From: Acidobacteriota bacterium
Lineage (GTDB): Bacteria; Acidobacteriota; UBA6911; RPQK01; JAJDTT01
Direction: 5' to 3'
Assembly: GCA_965263035.1 (NCBI GenBank)
Contig: OZ253580.1
Span: 4,288,001-4,352,000 of the forward strand
Length of the DNA: 64,000 bases
The notes below the pieces were generated by a model. That model made no database searches. It worked only from the letters and a program-made list of their open reading frames with translations, and had not been told where the DNA came from. Positions 29,927 through 39,344 of this stretch are shown piece by piece. Numbering within the stretch: the first letter of the stretch is position 1; each line of letters starts with the position of its first letter. Position numbers and translations under genes: made by a program.

Positions 29927-30967
29927 ATGGCCAGTGAATCGCCGCACGAACCCGTTCGAGTCGTGAACGTGGACTGCTATCTCGCGGAAAAAAGTGACAA
30001 CTACGCCGCCGAGCGAAAAGCGATCGAGGCTCTGGGAGGAGAGCTGGTTCTGAAAAGGGCTCTGACCGAGGAGGAGATCATCCGAACCTGCGCGGGGGCA
30101 CGGATCATCTTGAGCGAAGGTTTGTCCAGCCCGATCAGCAGGCGAGTGATCGAAAACCTGGACGATTGCTGGGCGCTGGGACGCTACGGGATCGGCGTGG
30201 ACAACATCGACGTCGACGCGGCAACCGACCACGGGATCGTGGTCTTCAACGTGGCGGACTACTGTGTCAACGAGGTGGCGGACCACGCGGCGGCCCTGGT
30301 CCTGGCCGGCGCCCGGCGCGTGGTGAGCTCTGACCGTTATGTCAGGTCGGGTGGTTGGTCCGATCCGCCACTGGACCCGCCGCTGCGCCGGCTCGATCGT
30401 CTCACCCTGGGGTTGGTCGGCTTCGGCAATATCGGACGGCGCATGGTTCCCCGGCTCCGCGGATTCGGAATGCGGATCATTGCGAGCGACCCCTACGTGG
30501 ACCCGGGAATCGCTTCGGATCTCGATGTGGAATTGACCTCGCTGGAACGGGTCATGAAGGAGTCGGACCTCATCTCCATACATACCTTTCTGAACGCCGG
30601 GACCCGGCATCTCATCGGGGCCTCCGAACTGGGCCTGATGAAACCCACCGCATTCCTGATCAACACCAGCCGCGGCGCCGTAGTGGACGAGGAGGCCCTG
30701 ATCGCGGCCCTGAAGGAACGGAGGATCGGGGGAGCGGCACTGGACGTGACGGAGCAGGAGCCGCTGGCTCCCGACAGTCCTCTGAGAAGCCTGGACAACG
30801 CCGTCGTCACGCCTCATCACGGGGCCGTGTCCCTGGAATCCCTGGCCGACGTCCACCGCGGAGTGGTCGAGGCCGTTTCCTGCCTGATGCAGGGCTATTG
30901 GCCGCCCTTTCCATTCAATCCCACCGTCCAACCCCGGTTGGAGTTGAAACCTTACGCGGATCGGTGA
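29927..30967 (+). CDS. D-2-hydroxyacid dehydrogenase (CtBP/SerA-like)
   Basis: GIGVDNID, GLVGFGNIG, INTSRG, LDV.EQEP and TPH motifs. Confidence 0.92.
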   Translation: MASESPHEPVRVVNVDCYLAEKSDNYAAERKAIEALGGELVLKRALTEEEIIRTCAGARIILSEGLSSPISRRVIENLDDCWALGRYGIGVDNIDVDAATDHGIVVFNVADYCVNEVADHAAALVLAGARRVVSSDRYVRSGGWSDPPLDPPLRRLDRLTLGLVGFGNIGRRMVPRLRGFGMRIIASDPYVDPGIASDLDVELTSLERVMKESDLISIHTFLNAGTRHLIGASELGLMKPTAFLINTSRGAVVDEEALIAALKERRIGGAALDVTEQEPLAPDSPLRSLDNAVVTPHHGAVSLESLADVHRGVVEAVSCLMQGYWPPFPFNPTVQPRLELKPYADR

Positions 30968-31085
30968 CGGCCCGGCCTCCGAGGTCCTCCACCAATCCCG
31001 GGACCGTTCAACGGAAGCGGTTTCGAGAAAAGACGGTTTCCGAATCCGGACGGGATGCAGGGTCTTTCTGAGAGCTGGTGACTCC

Positions 31086-32045
31086 ATGTTCTTGGGCATC
31101 GAAATCGGCGGGACCAAACTCCAGTTGGGTGTCGGTGCCGGAGACGGGACTCCCCCGGTTTCCTTGACACGCCGCGAGGTCGACCCTTTCGCCGGCGCCG
31201 CCGGCATCCTGGAACAGATTCGGGAGGAGACCTCCGAACTGAAGGCAGCCCACCCCATCCGAGGAATCGGCGTGGGCTTCGGCGGCCCGGTGGATGCCCT
31301 GGAAGGCCGGGTGCGCAAGAGCCACCACATAACAGGCTGGGAGAGCTTCCCTCTGGTCCACTGGTTCCGCCGGAATCTCGGTCTGCCGGCCGTTCTGGGA
31401 AACGATTGCGACCTGGCCGCGCTGGCCGAGAGCTGCCTGGGGACGGGTCGCGGTAAAGACTCGGTTTTTTACGTGACGGTGGGAACGGGCGTGGGCGGTG
31501 GCTATGTCGTGAACGGGCGGCTTCAAGGACAGGGCCGCCCGTCAGTCTGCGAGATCGGACATCTGCGCCCGGGACTGGACGCGGTGGATCCGGACCGGAC
31601 GGTGGAGAGCCTGGCCAGCGGATGGTCCATTGCCGAATTCGCCCGCAGGAGTCTGGGTGGCAAGAAGGCCGATTCGGACCGGAACGGCAGCCGGCTCCTG
31701 GCGTCCTGCCAGGGGAACCCGGCGGGTCTGACGGCGGAATTGGTTGCCGAGGCGGCCCGATCCGGAGACGCTCTGGCCTTGGCCGCGCTCCGCCGGGCCA
31801 CCCAGGCGCTGGGGTGGGGCATTGCCCAGGTCTTGACTCTGCTGTCGCCTGAGCTGATCGTGATCGGAGGCGGCGTGAGCCAGAGTGGCGAGGATCTGTT
31901 CTTCGCCCCGATTCGGAACGAGATCGAGAGGTACGTCTTTCCACCCCTCATCGGGTGCTATCAGGTGTTACCGGCCAAATTGGGAGAAACCGTGGTTGTG
32001 GAAGGAGCCCTGCTCTTGGCCGGAAACGAGTGGAGTCGAGCGTGA
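31086..32045 (+). CDS. ROK family sugar kinase
   Basis: GIEIGGTK, GFGGPVD, NDCDLAALAE, GTGVGGG and EIGH motifs. Confidence 0.92.
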   Translation: MFLGIEIGGTKLQLGVGAGDGTPPVSLTRREVDPFAGAAGILEQIREETSELKAAHPIRGIGVGFGGPVDALEGRVRKSHHITGWESFPLVHWFRRNLGLPAVLGNDCDLAALAESCLGTGRGKDSVFYVTVGTGVGGGYVVNGRLQGQGRPSVCEIGHLRPGLDAVDPDRTVESLASGWSIAEFARRSLGGKKADSDRNGSRLLASCQGNPAGLTAELVAEAARSGDALALAALRRATQALGWGIAQVLTLLSPELIVIGGGVSQSGEDLFFAPIRNEIERYVFPPLIGCYQVLPAKLGETVVVEGALLLAGNEWSRA

Positions 32046-32887
32046 GGCGTTCAATTCACGCAGTAATCGTTCTGTTGGCCTGGGCCGGAACCGGCGACCT
32101 GATGGGGGGGCAGAATCCCGCCCCGGAGCCCTCCGAGAAAGAGATCCTCTCCCGGGCCCTGGAACGAGGCCTGGCCAACAATAAGCACCGAGCGGAGCAA
32201 GCCTATTCTTTCCGGCACCTCCGGATCTCGGAGAAGCTGAACAAGCAGGCCCAGCCGACCCGGGTCGAAAAGCGCCTCTACCAGGTCGTGCCCATACGCA
32301 ACGTGCGCTATGAGAGGTTGCTGGAGAAGGACGGAGAGCCCCTGAGCAAGAAGGAGCAGAAGGCCGAACGCCGGAAGGAGGCGAAGTTTCGGCGTCGCCT
32401 TGAGAGGGACAGGGATGCCCGCAAGTCGAACAGCAACGAAGTCCGATTCAACCGGGAGTTGGTGGACCGGTATCGCTTTCGGGTGGAAGGGACCGGGGAG
32501 CTCCACGGCCGCAAGGTTTACCGGCTGAGCTTCGAGCCCAAGAGCGGAAAGCTCCCTGTCAGGCGCAGAATCGACCGTGCCCTGAACAACTCCCGAGGCC
32601 GGATCTGGCTGGATCGGGGATCGTACGAGATCGTCCGAGTCGAGTTCGAGCTCATACGGTCGACCCGGATCTGGTGGGGCATACTCGGTTCCATCTCCCA
32701 TGTTGACGGCATGATGGATCGCAAGGAAGGCGAAGACGGAATCTGGTTTCCCAGTTACTTTCGGCTCTATCTCAAGGGAAGAATCCTGTTCAAATCCCTG
32801 CACAGCCGGCGGGAATCCCACTGGAGCGACTTCAAACGCGTTTCAGAGGCTCAATTGAAACTTCAGACCTTAAGAGCGGTTGAATAG
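32042..32887 (+). CDS. Secreted hypothetical protein, possibly outer-membrane lipoprotein-sorting-like
   Basis: Signal peptide; GRKVYRLSFEPK...GRIWLD..SYEIVR pattern; GTGA overlap with the ROK gene. Confidence 0.6.
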   Translation: MRRSIHAVIVLLAWAGTGDLMGGQNPAPEPSEKEILSRALERGLANNKHRAEQAYSFRHLRISEKLNKQAQPTRVEKRLYQVVPIRNVRYERLLEKDGEPLSKKEQKAERRKEAKFRRRLERDRDARKSNSNEVRFNRELVDRYRFRVEGTGELHGRKVYRLSFEPKSGKLPVRRRIDRALNNSRGRIWLDRGSYEIVRVEFELIRSTRIWWGILGSISHVDGMMDRKEGEDGIWFPSYFRLYLKGRILFKSLHSRRESHWSDFKRVSEAQLKLQTLRAVE

Positions 32888-32981
32888 AGCCAATGTTGGG
32901 GCCTGTGGACAAACAGACCAGTTCCAAGGACCATAAGCGGTGCTCGCGCGCCGGAGAGGCGACCTCGGATCCGAAGTTGAT

Positions 32982-34229
32982 ATGAGGAATGTTGGTTCCA
33001 TGGAGCGACGAGGCTTCCTCAAACAGTCTCTTTCGGCCGTCGCCTTGGGTGTGGCCGGCAGGTCCACCCGGGGAGAAAGTTCAGGTGGATCTGCGGGAGC
33101 CCTAGACGCGGCCCAGCTGCATCGCGATGCCATCGTCATCGACACCTACGGGAAGCTGTACCTGGAAGACTTCCAAAAAGGGCACGTCGACGCCATCGTG
33201 CACGGAATCGGTGTAGAAGAAATCTTCCGGAGCGATGCCCGGGAAGGAATCATCGATCCTCCCGCGGTGGGCAAGAACATTTGCGACAATCTGTTTGACG
33301 GCCCGGACGTGGTCAAGCGGGTCCTGCAGCGGGTCGACGAGATACTGCAGCAGAGCGTGCGGCAGCACCCGGATTCCGTGGAGCTGGCACTACGGTCCTC
33401 CGACCTGAAGCGAATCGTCCGAGCGGGGAAGATTGCGGTGATCCCCATGCTCAACGCGGGCTGGATCGCCAACGATCTGGCCGTCCTGAGGATGTATCAC
33501 CGCATGGGGATCCGGGTCTTTGCGTTGACCCATATTGCTGCTTTCGACTGGGTTGACTCCAGCGGGGAACTGAACCCGAAGTCTGGTTTGAGCGACTTCG
33601 GCCGGGAGGTGGTGCGGGAGTGCAACGGGATCGGGATGCTGGTGGATGTCTCCCATGCCTCGGACCAGGCTTTCTGGGACACGATCCGTACCAGTTCCAA
33701 ACCTGTCATCGCCACCCATTCCGGTTGCCGTGCCCTGTGCCGGGTGCAACGCAACCTTACGGATGAGATGCTGCGGGCCCTGGCCCGGAACGGCGGTGTG
33801 GTGGGAATCTTCACCGTTCCCTCCTACTTGGATACCAAGGCCCTGAACGACATGCTGAAAACCCGGTTTCTCCCCGACTACACGGACCGGGATATTCGCC
33901 TCGCGAAGCAGTTCTCCGATCCCTGGGAGATTGCCGCCGCCATGAGGAATACGCTGGACTCGCATTCCTACGTCGAGGAAATCGATCTGCCTCCCATCGA
34001 CGCTTTCCTGGACCACATCGACCATGCCGTCCAAGTGGCCGGAATCGATCATGTGGCGGTCTCCTCCGACAACGAGCCCGTCGAGGACCTGGAAGACCGA
34101 TCCAAGTGGCCGAACCTGACCCGGGGTCTGGTGAAACGGGGATACGGCGACCGGGACATCCGAAAGATCCTGGGAGAGAACTTCCTCCGGGTCTGGGACC
34201 AGGCGGCCAAGCCCTCGGATGTAAGTTAA
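32982..34229 (+). CDS. Tat-exported membrane dipeptidase family protein (M19)
   Basis: ERRGFLK Tat motif; GLSDFGREVVRE.N..G..VDVSH, ATHS, RNLTD and KILGENFLR motifs. Confidence 0.88.
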   Translation: MRNVGSMERRGFLKQSLSAVALGVAGRSTRGESSGGSAGALDAAQLHRDAIVIDTYGKLYLEDFQKGHVDAIVHGIGVEEIFRSDAREGIIDPPAVGKNICDNLFDGPDVVKRVLQRVDEILQQSVRQHPDSVELALRSSDLKRIVRAGKIAVIPMLNAGWIANDLAVLRMYHRMGIRVFALTHIAAFDWVDSSGELNPKSGLSDFGREVVRECNGIGMLVDVSHASDQAFWDTIRTSSKPVIATHSGCRALCRVQRNLTDEMLRALARNGGVVGIFTVPSYLDTKALNDMLKTRFLPDYTDRDIRLAKQFSDPWEIAAAMRNTLDSHSYVEEIDLPPIDAFLDHIDHAVQVAGIDHVAVSSDNEPVEDLEDRSKWPNLTRGLVKRGYGDRDIRKILGENFLRVWDQAAKPSDVS

Positions 34230-34298
34230 TTGGGTCATTAGATCCAGGTCTGTCTCGTCATCCATTTCAACAACAAGAATCATTCACGGAGGAACCCG

Positions 34299-34892
34299 AT
34301 GGTAGAACTGAACTCGAGTTGGAAGAGGAATTTCGATGTCTACGACAGGATCAGCCGGCTGGGAATCGATTTGGGGCAGAAGGAAGACGCACTTCCGCCT
34401 CCAGGTGCGGAGAATCTTGCCCAGGCCACCTTTACCCCCTCGGGCCTGGTATTTCTTTCCGGCACCACCGCCGGCATGGGAGCGGTCACCGACGAGGATG
34501 CCGAGGTCGAGAAGGGGAACGCAGCGGGTCGCGAGGCGGGCATCCAGCACATCCGCGTTCTGCACTGGGGACTCCATCCTCTGGGGACGCTGAACGATGT
34601 CTGGTACTGCGTCAAAGGTTTCGGCATGGTCAATTCGGCCGGCGGTGGGGTCCTGACCCTCTCGCACCTGGTTGTCAACGGATACTCCAAGGTCTTTCAT
34701 GACGTCTTCGGTGGACCGCTGTCTCAGTTTGCAGAAGATGGCAGGGATCAATCTCTTTCAGGTTGGCACGCGCGTAGTGCCGTCGGGGGATTCGATCTGC
34801 CAGCGGGAGTCCGGACCGAGCCCGAGATGATCGTCCAGATCGACCCCGAGCTGGCTTTGAGACTCATCCGGGAGCGTGGCCCTCATGCCTAG
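34299..34892 (+). CDS. Divergent RidA/YjgF-family protein
   Basis: LVFLSG, VK..GMVNS, VVNG.S..F.DVFG and HARSAVG...LP motifs. Confidence 0.75.
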   Translation: MVELNSSWKRNFDVYDRISRLGIDLGQKEDALPPPGAENLAQATFTPSGLVFLSGTTAGMGAVTDEDAEVEKGNAAGREAGIQHIRVLHWGLHPLGTLNDVWYCVKGFGMVNSAGGGVLTLSHLVVNGYSKVFHDVFGGPLSQFAEDGRDQSLSGWHARSAVGGFDLPAGVRTEPEMIVQIDPELALRLIRERGPHA

Positions 34893-35082
34893 TGTTTGAG
34901 GGAGGGGAAACGGGATCGGGGCCGCAAGTCGAGAGAACCGGATCCGACGTGAAATGTCCTCAGGGTGATGAACCGAATTTGATGGTCAGATCCGGCCCAC
35001 CCGATGCCTGACGTGCCGCCGGACGGAACCGACTTCAAAGGGGTCTTCGGCGATGTTTAGCGCCGTTTGCAGTTGAGCCACG

Positions 35083-35850
35083 TCATCTCCCCGCCTGGGA
35101 ACCGCCGTCGACGGACACGGGCTGACCGGTGAGGTACGAGGCGGCATCGGAGCACATCCAGACCACGACCTCCGCCACCTCTTCCGCCGTTCCCCAACGC
35201 AGTGAAGGGGTGCGGGTTGCGGTGGCGGCCATCTTCACCGGATCCCGCCCCAGCAACCGGTCGGCCATGGGAGTGTCGATAGCGCCGGGACAGACGGCGT
35301 TCACGCGAATCCCCTCCCGGGCGTATTCCATGGCCGCCGCTCGGGTCAGCCCCATGACCCCGTGCTTGCTGGCGTTGTAGGCGCTGACCCCGTTGCCGGT
35401 CCCCGACAGACCGGACCCGGAGGATGTGTTGACGATCACCCCGCCTCCCTGCCGCAACATCTGCTTGATCTCGAACTTCATGCAGTACCAGACGCCCGTC
35501 AGGTTGACGGCCGTCACTCGATCAAACATTTCTTCCGAGTAGTCGTGAAAGGGGGTCGTCTCTCCTTCGATGCCGGCGTTGTTGTGGGCACAGTCCAGAC
35601 GGCCGTGGAGCTTCACCGTGTCGCGGATCAGGGCTTCGACCTGAGCCGCGTCCGCAACATCGGCGGGCAGGGAATCGGCCGAACCGCCGCGGGCCAGGAT
35701 CTGCTCCGTGGTCTCGGCGCTCCATTCCGGGTTCAGGTCCGAGACCACCACCTGGGCCCCCTCCCGGGCGCAGGCCAGGGCCGTGGCCCGGCCGATGCCG
35801 GAGCCGGAGCCGGTGATCAGAATGACCTTGTCTTCAAGACTGCCCGACAT
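35083..35850 (-). CDS. Short-chain dehydrogenase/reductase
   Basis: TGSGSGIG, NNAG, YNASK and VNAVCPG motifs; AAGGAGG RBS. Confidence 0.93.
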   Translation of the reverse strand: MSGSLEDKVILITGSGSGIGRATALACAREGAQVVVSDLNPEWSAETTEQILARGGSADSLPADVADAAQVEALIRDTVKLHGRLDCAHNNAGIEGETTPFHDYSEEMFDRVTAVNLTGVWYCMKFEIKQMLRQGGGVIVNTSSGSGLSGTGNGVSAYNASKHGVMGLTRAAAMEYAREGIRVNAVCPGAIDTPMADRLLGRDPVKMAATATRTPSLRWGTAEEVAEVVVWMCSDAASYLTGQPVSVDGGSQAGR

Positions 35851-35888
35851 GTCGGAACTCTCCTCCTTGGAAACATGTAGGGGCGCCC

Positions 35889-35997
35889 TGGAGGGGCGAC
35901 TTCCAGTCGCCCATTCCTTTCTTGGCCCACCGTTACTCTGGAGTTCGGCGACTGGAAATCGCCGCTCCTGTTCGGCGGTTGGAAACCGCCGCTCCCA
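35889..35997. repeat. REP/REPIN-like cluster (one forward, two reverse palindromic units)
   Basis: TGGAGGGGCGACTTCCAGTCGCCC ... GGCGACTGGAAATCGCCGCTCC ... GGCGGTTGGAAACCGCCGCTCCCA; shares the CCGTTACT spacer with the 45296 cluster. Confidence 0.8.
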
Positions 35998-36005
35998 CCA
36001 TCCGT

Positions 36006-37988
36006 TCAACTTCCGTCACGCATCTCCTCGTAGATTGCCTTGGCCTCTTCGAAAAGGTCCTTCATTTCCCGGCGCTGCTCCGGGTCGGGGATATTGGCCG
36101 TCTCCTCCAACCAGGTCAGAGCCTCTTCGATCCAGGTGAGGAAGAAGGCGGCGTCTTCGGGTGATCGTGGCTTCCGGTCGTCCACCTGAAGATAGACGGG
36201 GCTGGTGTGGGCCACCAGGGGAATCCCTCCCTGGTAGACCAGTTCGGGGCCGTAGGCCCGGGCCGCAACCCAGGAGCTGTCTTTGACCCGGATCCGGTCT
36301 TTCAGCGTCAGGTCCCGGTCCCCGGACGGGTTCTCCACGTTGGCGACGACCTCGCCACCCTGGACGATCTCCAGCTGGTCGACTGGAATCCTGGATCGGA
36401 CCGATGCCGTTACCTCGATCTCCTCGTCGGCCGAGGCTGAAACGGTCTCCCCCAACCCCCGGCCGCCGGCAGTGAACTGGAGCATGGGACCCGTGGTCAC
36501 GAAGGTCCGTCCGGCGCGGATCCCGTCCAGCCAGGCCTGGTAGGAAAAAGGCCCGGGGACCTGGACGTAGACGCGGGGGATTCCGGCGACTTGAATGTTG
36601 GACATCTTGTCGGTCCCGCCGGCAGCCGCCAGCCGGAAGCCGCAGTTCAGGAAGCGGTACCAGATCTCGGCGGCCGCCGGGCGCGTCCGGCGGGGAGCGA
36701 GCGGGTCCCCCCAGGTCATGAGGTCGATGGAGTCCACCTTTCCCAGGGCGACGTCGATGGCCAGTTCGCCGCGGGCACCGGGGAAGTGGGCCCAGCTCAC
36801 GAATCCGCCCTGGGCGTGCGCCATGTCCGCCTGCCGGGCCATGGGAGGGTAGTCGATGCCGCCCGGGACGCCTTCGTCGGGGCCGCCCCAGGTCAGGGGA
36901 TAGACCAGGTTCTTGAGATTCAGCAGCACGGTGTGTCCCAGGTAGTCGTGCCGGCTCTCCTCGTTTACGTAGATGATGGTCTCCGGTTCGGAGACACGGT
37001 CCGGTCCGCCGGTGAAATGCTCCACGTTGGTGATCAGCTCGTCCCACTTGGTGGCCAGGATGTTGATGACGTTCAGATCCTCCGCCTTGGCCTCCAGCAG
37101 CGCGGCGTGGGGGCTCACGAAATGGACGTGGGTGTCGCCCGAATACCAGCCCTCCCGGCGCAGGTTGGACCAGCGTCTCAACTGGATCTCCAGTTCAGGG
37201 ACCTGCCCCTTCTTGACGGAGAAGCGGATGCTGCGTGGTTCGTACTCGATTCCCTTGAGGATCTCCATCTCGTAGCTTCCCGCAGCCAGGGGCAGAGTGA
37301 AGTCGGGGTGGACGTAGGCGTAGGTTTCGTCAACTACAACCACGTCTCCCCCCACGTCCTCGCGCCAACCGATGGGGACTCGCCTCTGGTGGCCCTGAGG
37401 CGGCCAATAGGTCCCCTCCTGATCCAGAACCCGGATTCGAGCAGCCACGGCCTGACCGCTGTCCCGATCGCGCAAGTGAACCCGGACCAAGTGCAGGGGT
37501 TGCTGTTCGGGGTGGTCCACCGTGAGTTCGGGCGGCAGGTCCGGGCGGCGTTCACTGTCAATGTGGACGATCTTCCAGCCCGAGTCCCTCCGGCGCAGCG
37601 TCAGGGTCAGGGCCGGCTTGGTGACGCCGTGGGATCGGTAGACCAGGATCGGGTGGACCCGGATCGTGTCGCCCACCTCCTGAAAGTGGGCGAAGCGGAG
37701 CCAGACGTGGGTGATCTTGTGCATGCCCCGGTGCAGGTTTTCCAGGTACTGCTCGCGGGTCTCGCCTTGGTCCGTGGTCAACTCCGGGTCCAGGATCGAA
37801 GCGACTGCCTCCATGTCCCGGTTCAGGAAGCCGTTGGCCCAAGTGTGGACGGCCAGGCGGGCCTTCAGCATCTCCGTAGTGGGATGCGCCAGCGCGTTCG
37901 CCCCCAACAGAAAGACGAAAAGAAGCGCCGCCCAATCGATCGACAGGCCGAATGGCGGCGTTCTCACCGCTGTGTCCCTGTTCGACAT
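36006..37988 (-). CDS. CehA/McbA-like PHP metallohydrolase with N-terminal NTF2-like domain
   Basis: GWYSGDTHVH, NEESRH..LGH, SWAH, WYRFLNCG...AAGGTD and AHTSPVY motifs. Confidence 0.8.
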   Translation of the reverse strand: MSNRDTAVRTPPFGLSIDWAALLFVFLLGANALAHPTTEMLKARLAVHTWANGFLNRDMEAVASILDPELTTDQGETREQYLENLHRGMHKITHVWLRFAHFQEVGDTIRVHPILVYRSHGVTKPALTLTLRRRDSGWKIVHIDSERRPDLPPELTVDHPEQQPLHLVRVHLRDRDSGQAVAARIRVLDQEGTYWPPQGHQRRVPIGWREDVGGDVVVVDETYAYVHPDFTLPLAAGSYEMEILKGIEYEPRSIRFSVKKGQVPELEIQLRRWSNLRREGWYSGDTHVHFVSPHAALLEAKAEDLNVINILATKWDELITNVEHFTGGPDRVSEPETIIYVNEESRHDYLGHTVLLNLKNLVYPLTWGGPDEGVPGGIDYPPMARQADMAHAQGGFVSWAHFPGARGELAIDVALGKVDSIDLMTWGDPLAPRRTRPAAAEIWYRFLNCGFRLAAAGGTDKMSNIQVAGIPRVYVQVPGPFSYQAWLDGIRAGRTFVTTGPMLQFTAGGRGLGETVSASADEEIEVTASVRSRIPVDQLEIVQGGEVVANVENPSGDRDLTLKDRIRVKDSSWVAARAYGPELVYQGGIPLVAHTSPVYLQVDDRKPRSPEDAAFFLTWIEEALTWLEETANIPDPEQRREMKDLFEEAKAIYEEMRDGS

Positions 37989-38041
37989 GGATTCCTCCTA
38001 TTCTGCCGAGGGGTGGCCGAACTCTTCCGGGGAGGCTGAGC

Positions 38042-39289
38042 TCAGGCCGGAATAGCCACGTCCGGACGTGACCCGCCGGCCCGCCGGTCCACCGCGGCTC
38101 CAAAAGAGCCGATCACCAGACCGGACACGCCCTCGGTGTCCAGAAGCCTGGCGTTTTCCTCCGGGTCGTGCGCCGACCACATGCGCGCCATGTGGAGTCG
38201 GCACCCGTGCCGGGCGCAATTGGGGCCGTAGTCGTCCCGGATCGCACTGTACAGGCGGTCCATGGCCCCTTGGTACGCGGGCGAGCCCTTGACCAGTGGA
38301 ATCGACCAGTAGCGCCGGTCTCCGTGGTCGTCGACACCCTTGATCCCGTAATGGTCCTCGTCGTTGACCCGGTATCCGTAACCCTGGTGCTTGGGCCACA
38401 GGAGGAGCCAGAAAGAGGGGCAGCGCACCGCCACCTGGTCAATGACAAGATCGTCTACCAGCTTCTCCTGGACCCAGGTCCTCCAGTCCAGGTAGAGGTT
38501 GCCCAGTGGGGGACCGATGTAGTTTCCCGTGGGAACTCCGATCCCCAGCTGCATTCCCCGGGCATTGAGCGCCGACCGCAGTTCCCTCAGGAACTGGGTT
38601 ACTCCTTCTCCCCGCAGGCGCCGCCAGGGCTCCAGCTCGAAATTGCGCCGCATAATATCGACGCCGTAGCGCCTCTCGTACTCCTCGACTACGGGCGCGT
38701 TGAATCCGAACTGGTCGCCGTGGACGGCCGGCTTGGACTGGGAGCGGGTGCAGACGAAGACCCCGTCGAAGTCGTAGTTCCCCAGCACCGACAGGATTCG
38801 ACGGATGGTGTAGCGGCGCACGTCCGGATAGGCGTACTCCATGACGCCGTAGTGGGGACGGCCCTCCCGGTCCCGGGCCAGGTACTCGGGGTTGGCCATG
38901 GTGAATTGGCTCTGCCAACCGAAGGTCCCTCCCTGCCAGCGTTCGCTCAGAGGATAGCCCTCATCGAACATGGTGGCGTACATATAGACCTTGTAGCCCA
39001 TCTCCTTGAGCTTGGTGGTGATCAGTTCGTGCTCGTCGTAGCCCTTCCTCTCGTAATCTTCGAAGACCCTTCGGGGCGGAGCGCCCGGGGCGGTGAAGCA
39101 GATTCGGAATTTGCTCCAACTCATCATCTCCCGCCAGTAGATGGTGCCGGCGCCGAACTCGCGCCGCCAGCGCTCGGCACAGCGCAGAATCCTGTTCGGC
39201 CGATCCAGGGCGTCGTCCCCGTCCCAGGCTTCCAGATGGTCGCCCCAACTGACGCTCATGATGTTCCGGTTCGTGGTGCTGTCCGCCAT
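38042..39289 (-). CDS. GHL10/DUF187-like TIM-barrel protein, copy 2
   Basis: MEYAYPDVRRY...YDFDGV, W.R.R.E.VTQFLRELR and DWRTW....LVD patterns. Confidence 0.7.
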   Translation of the reverse strand: MADSTTNRNIMSVSWGDHLEAWDGDDALDRPNRILRCAERWRREFGAGTIYWREMMSWSKFRICFTAPGAPPRRVFEDYERKGYDEHELITTKLKEMGYKVYMYATMFDEGYPLSERWQGGTFGWQSQFTMANPEYLARDREGRPHYGVMEYAYPDVRRYTIRRILSVLGNYDFDGVFVCTRSQSKPAVHGDQFGFNAPVVEEYERRYGVDIMRRNFELEPWRRLRGEGVTQFLRELRSALNARGMQLGIGVPTGNYIGPPLGNLYLDWRTWVQEKLVDDLVIDQVAVRCPSFWLLLWPKHQGYGYRVNDEDHYGIKGVDDHGDRRYWSIPLVKGSPAYQGAMDRLYSAIRDDYGPNCARHGCRLHMARMWSAHDPEENARLLDTEGVSGLVIGSFGAAVDRRAGGSRPDVAIPA

Positions 39290-39344
39290 GGTCAACTTCG
39301 CAGGCTCCCTTTCCAAACTGACACGTCAAAGGTCCGAACCGGAC

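Noticed and set aside
28397-31330. Very long antisense ORFs (977 aa here; 893 aa at 56795-59476; others)
   Set aside because: They mirror well-supported genes on the opposite strand and have no motifs, as expected in high-GC DNA.
34893-35082. Intergenic stretch as an ncRNA or gene remnant (also 42060-42270 and 62250-62528)
   Set aside because: No recognisable riboswitch, tRNA or protein motif by eye; an Rfam scan would be needed.
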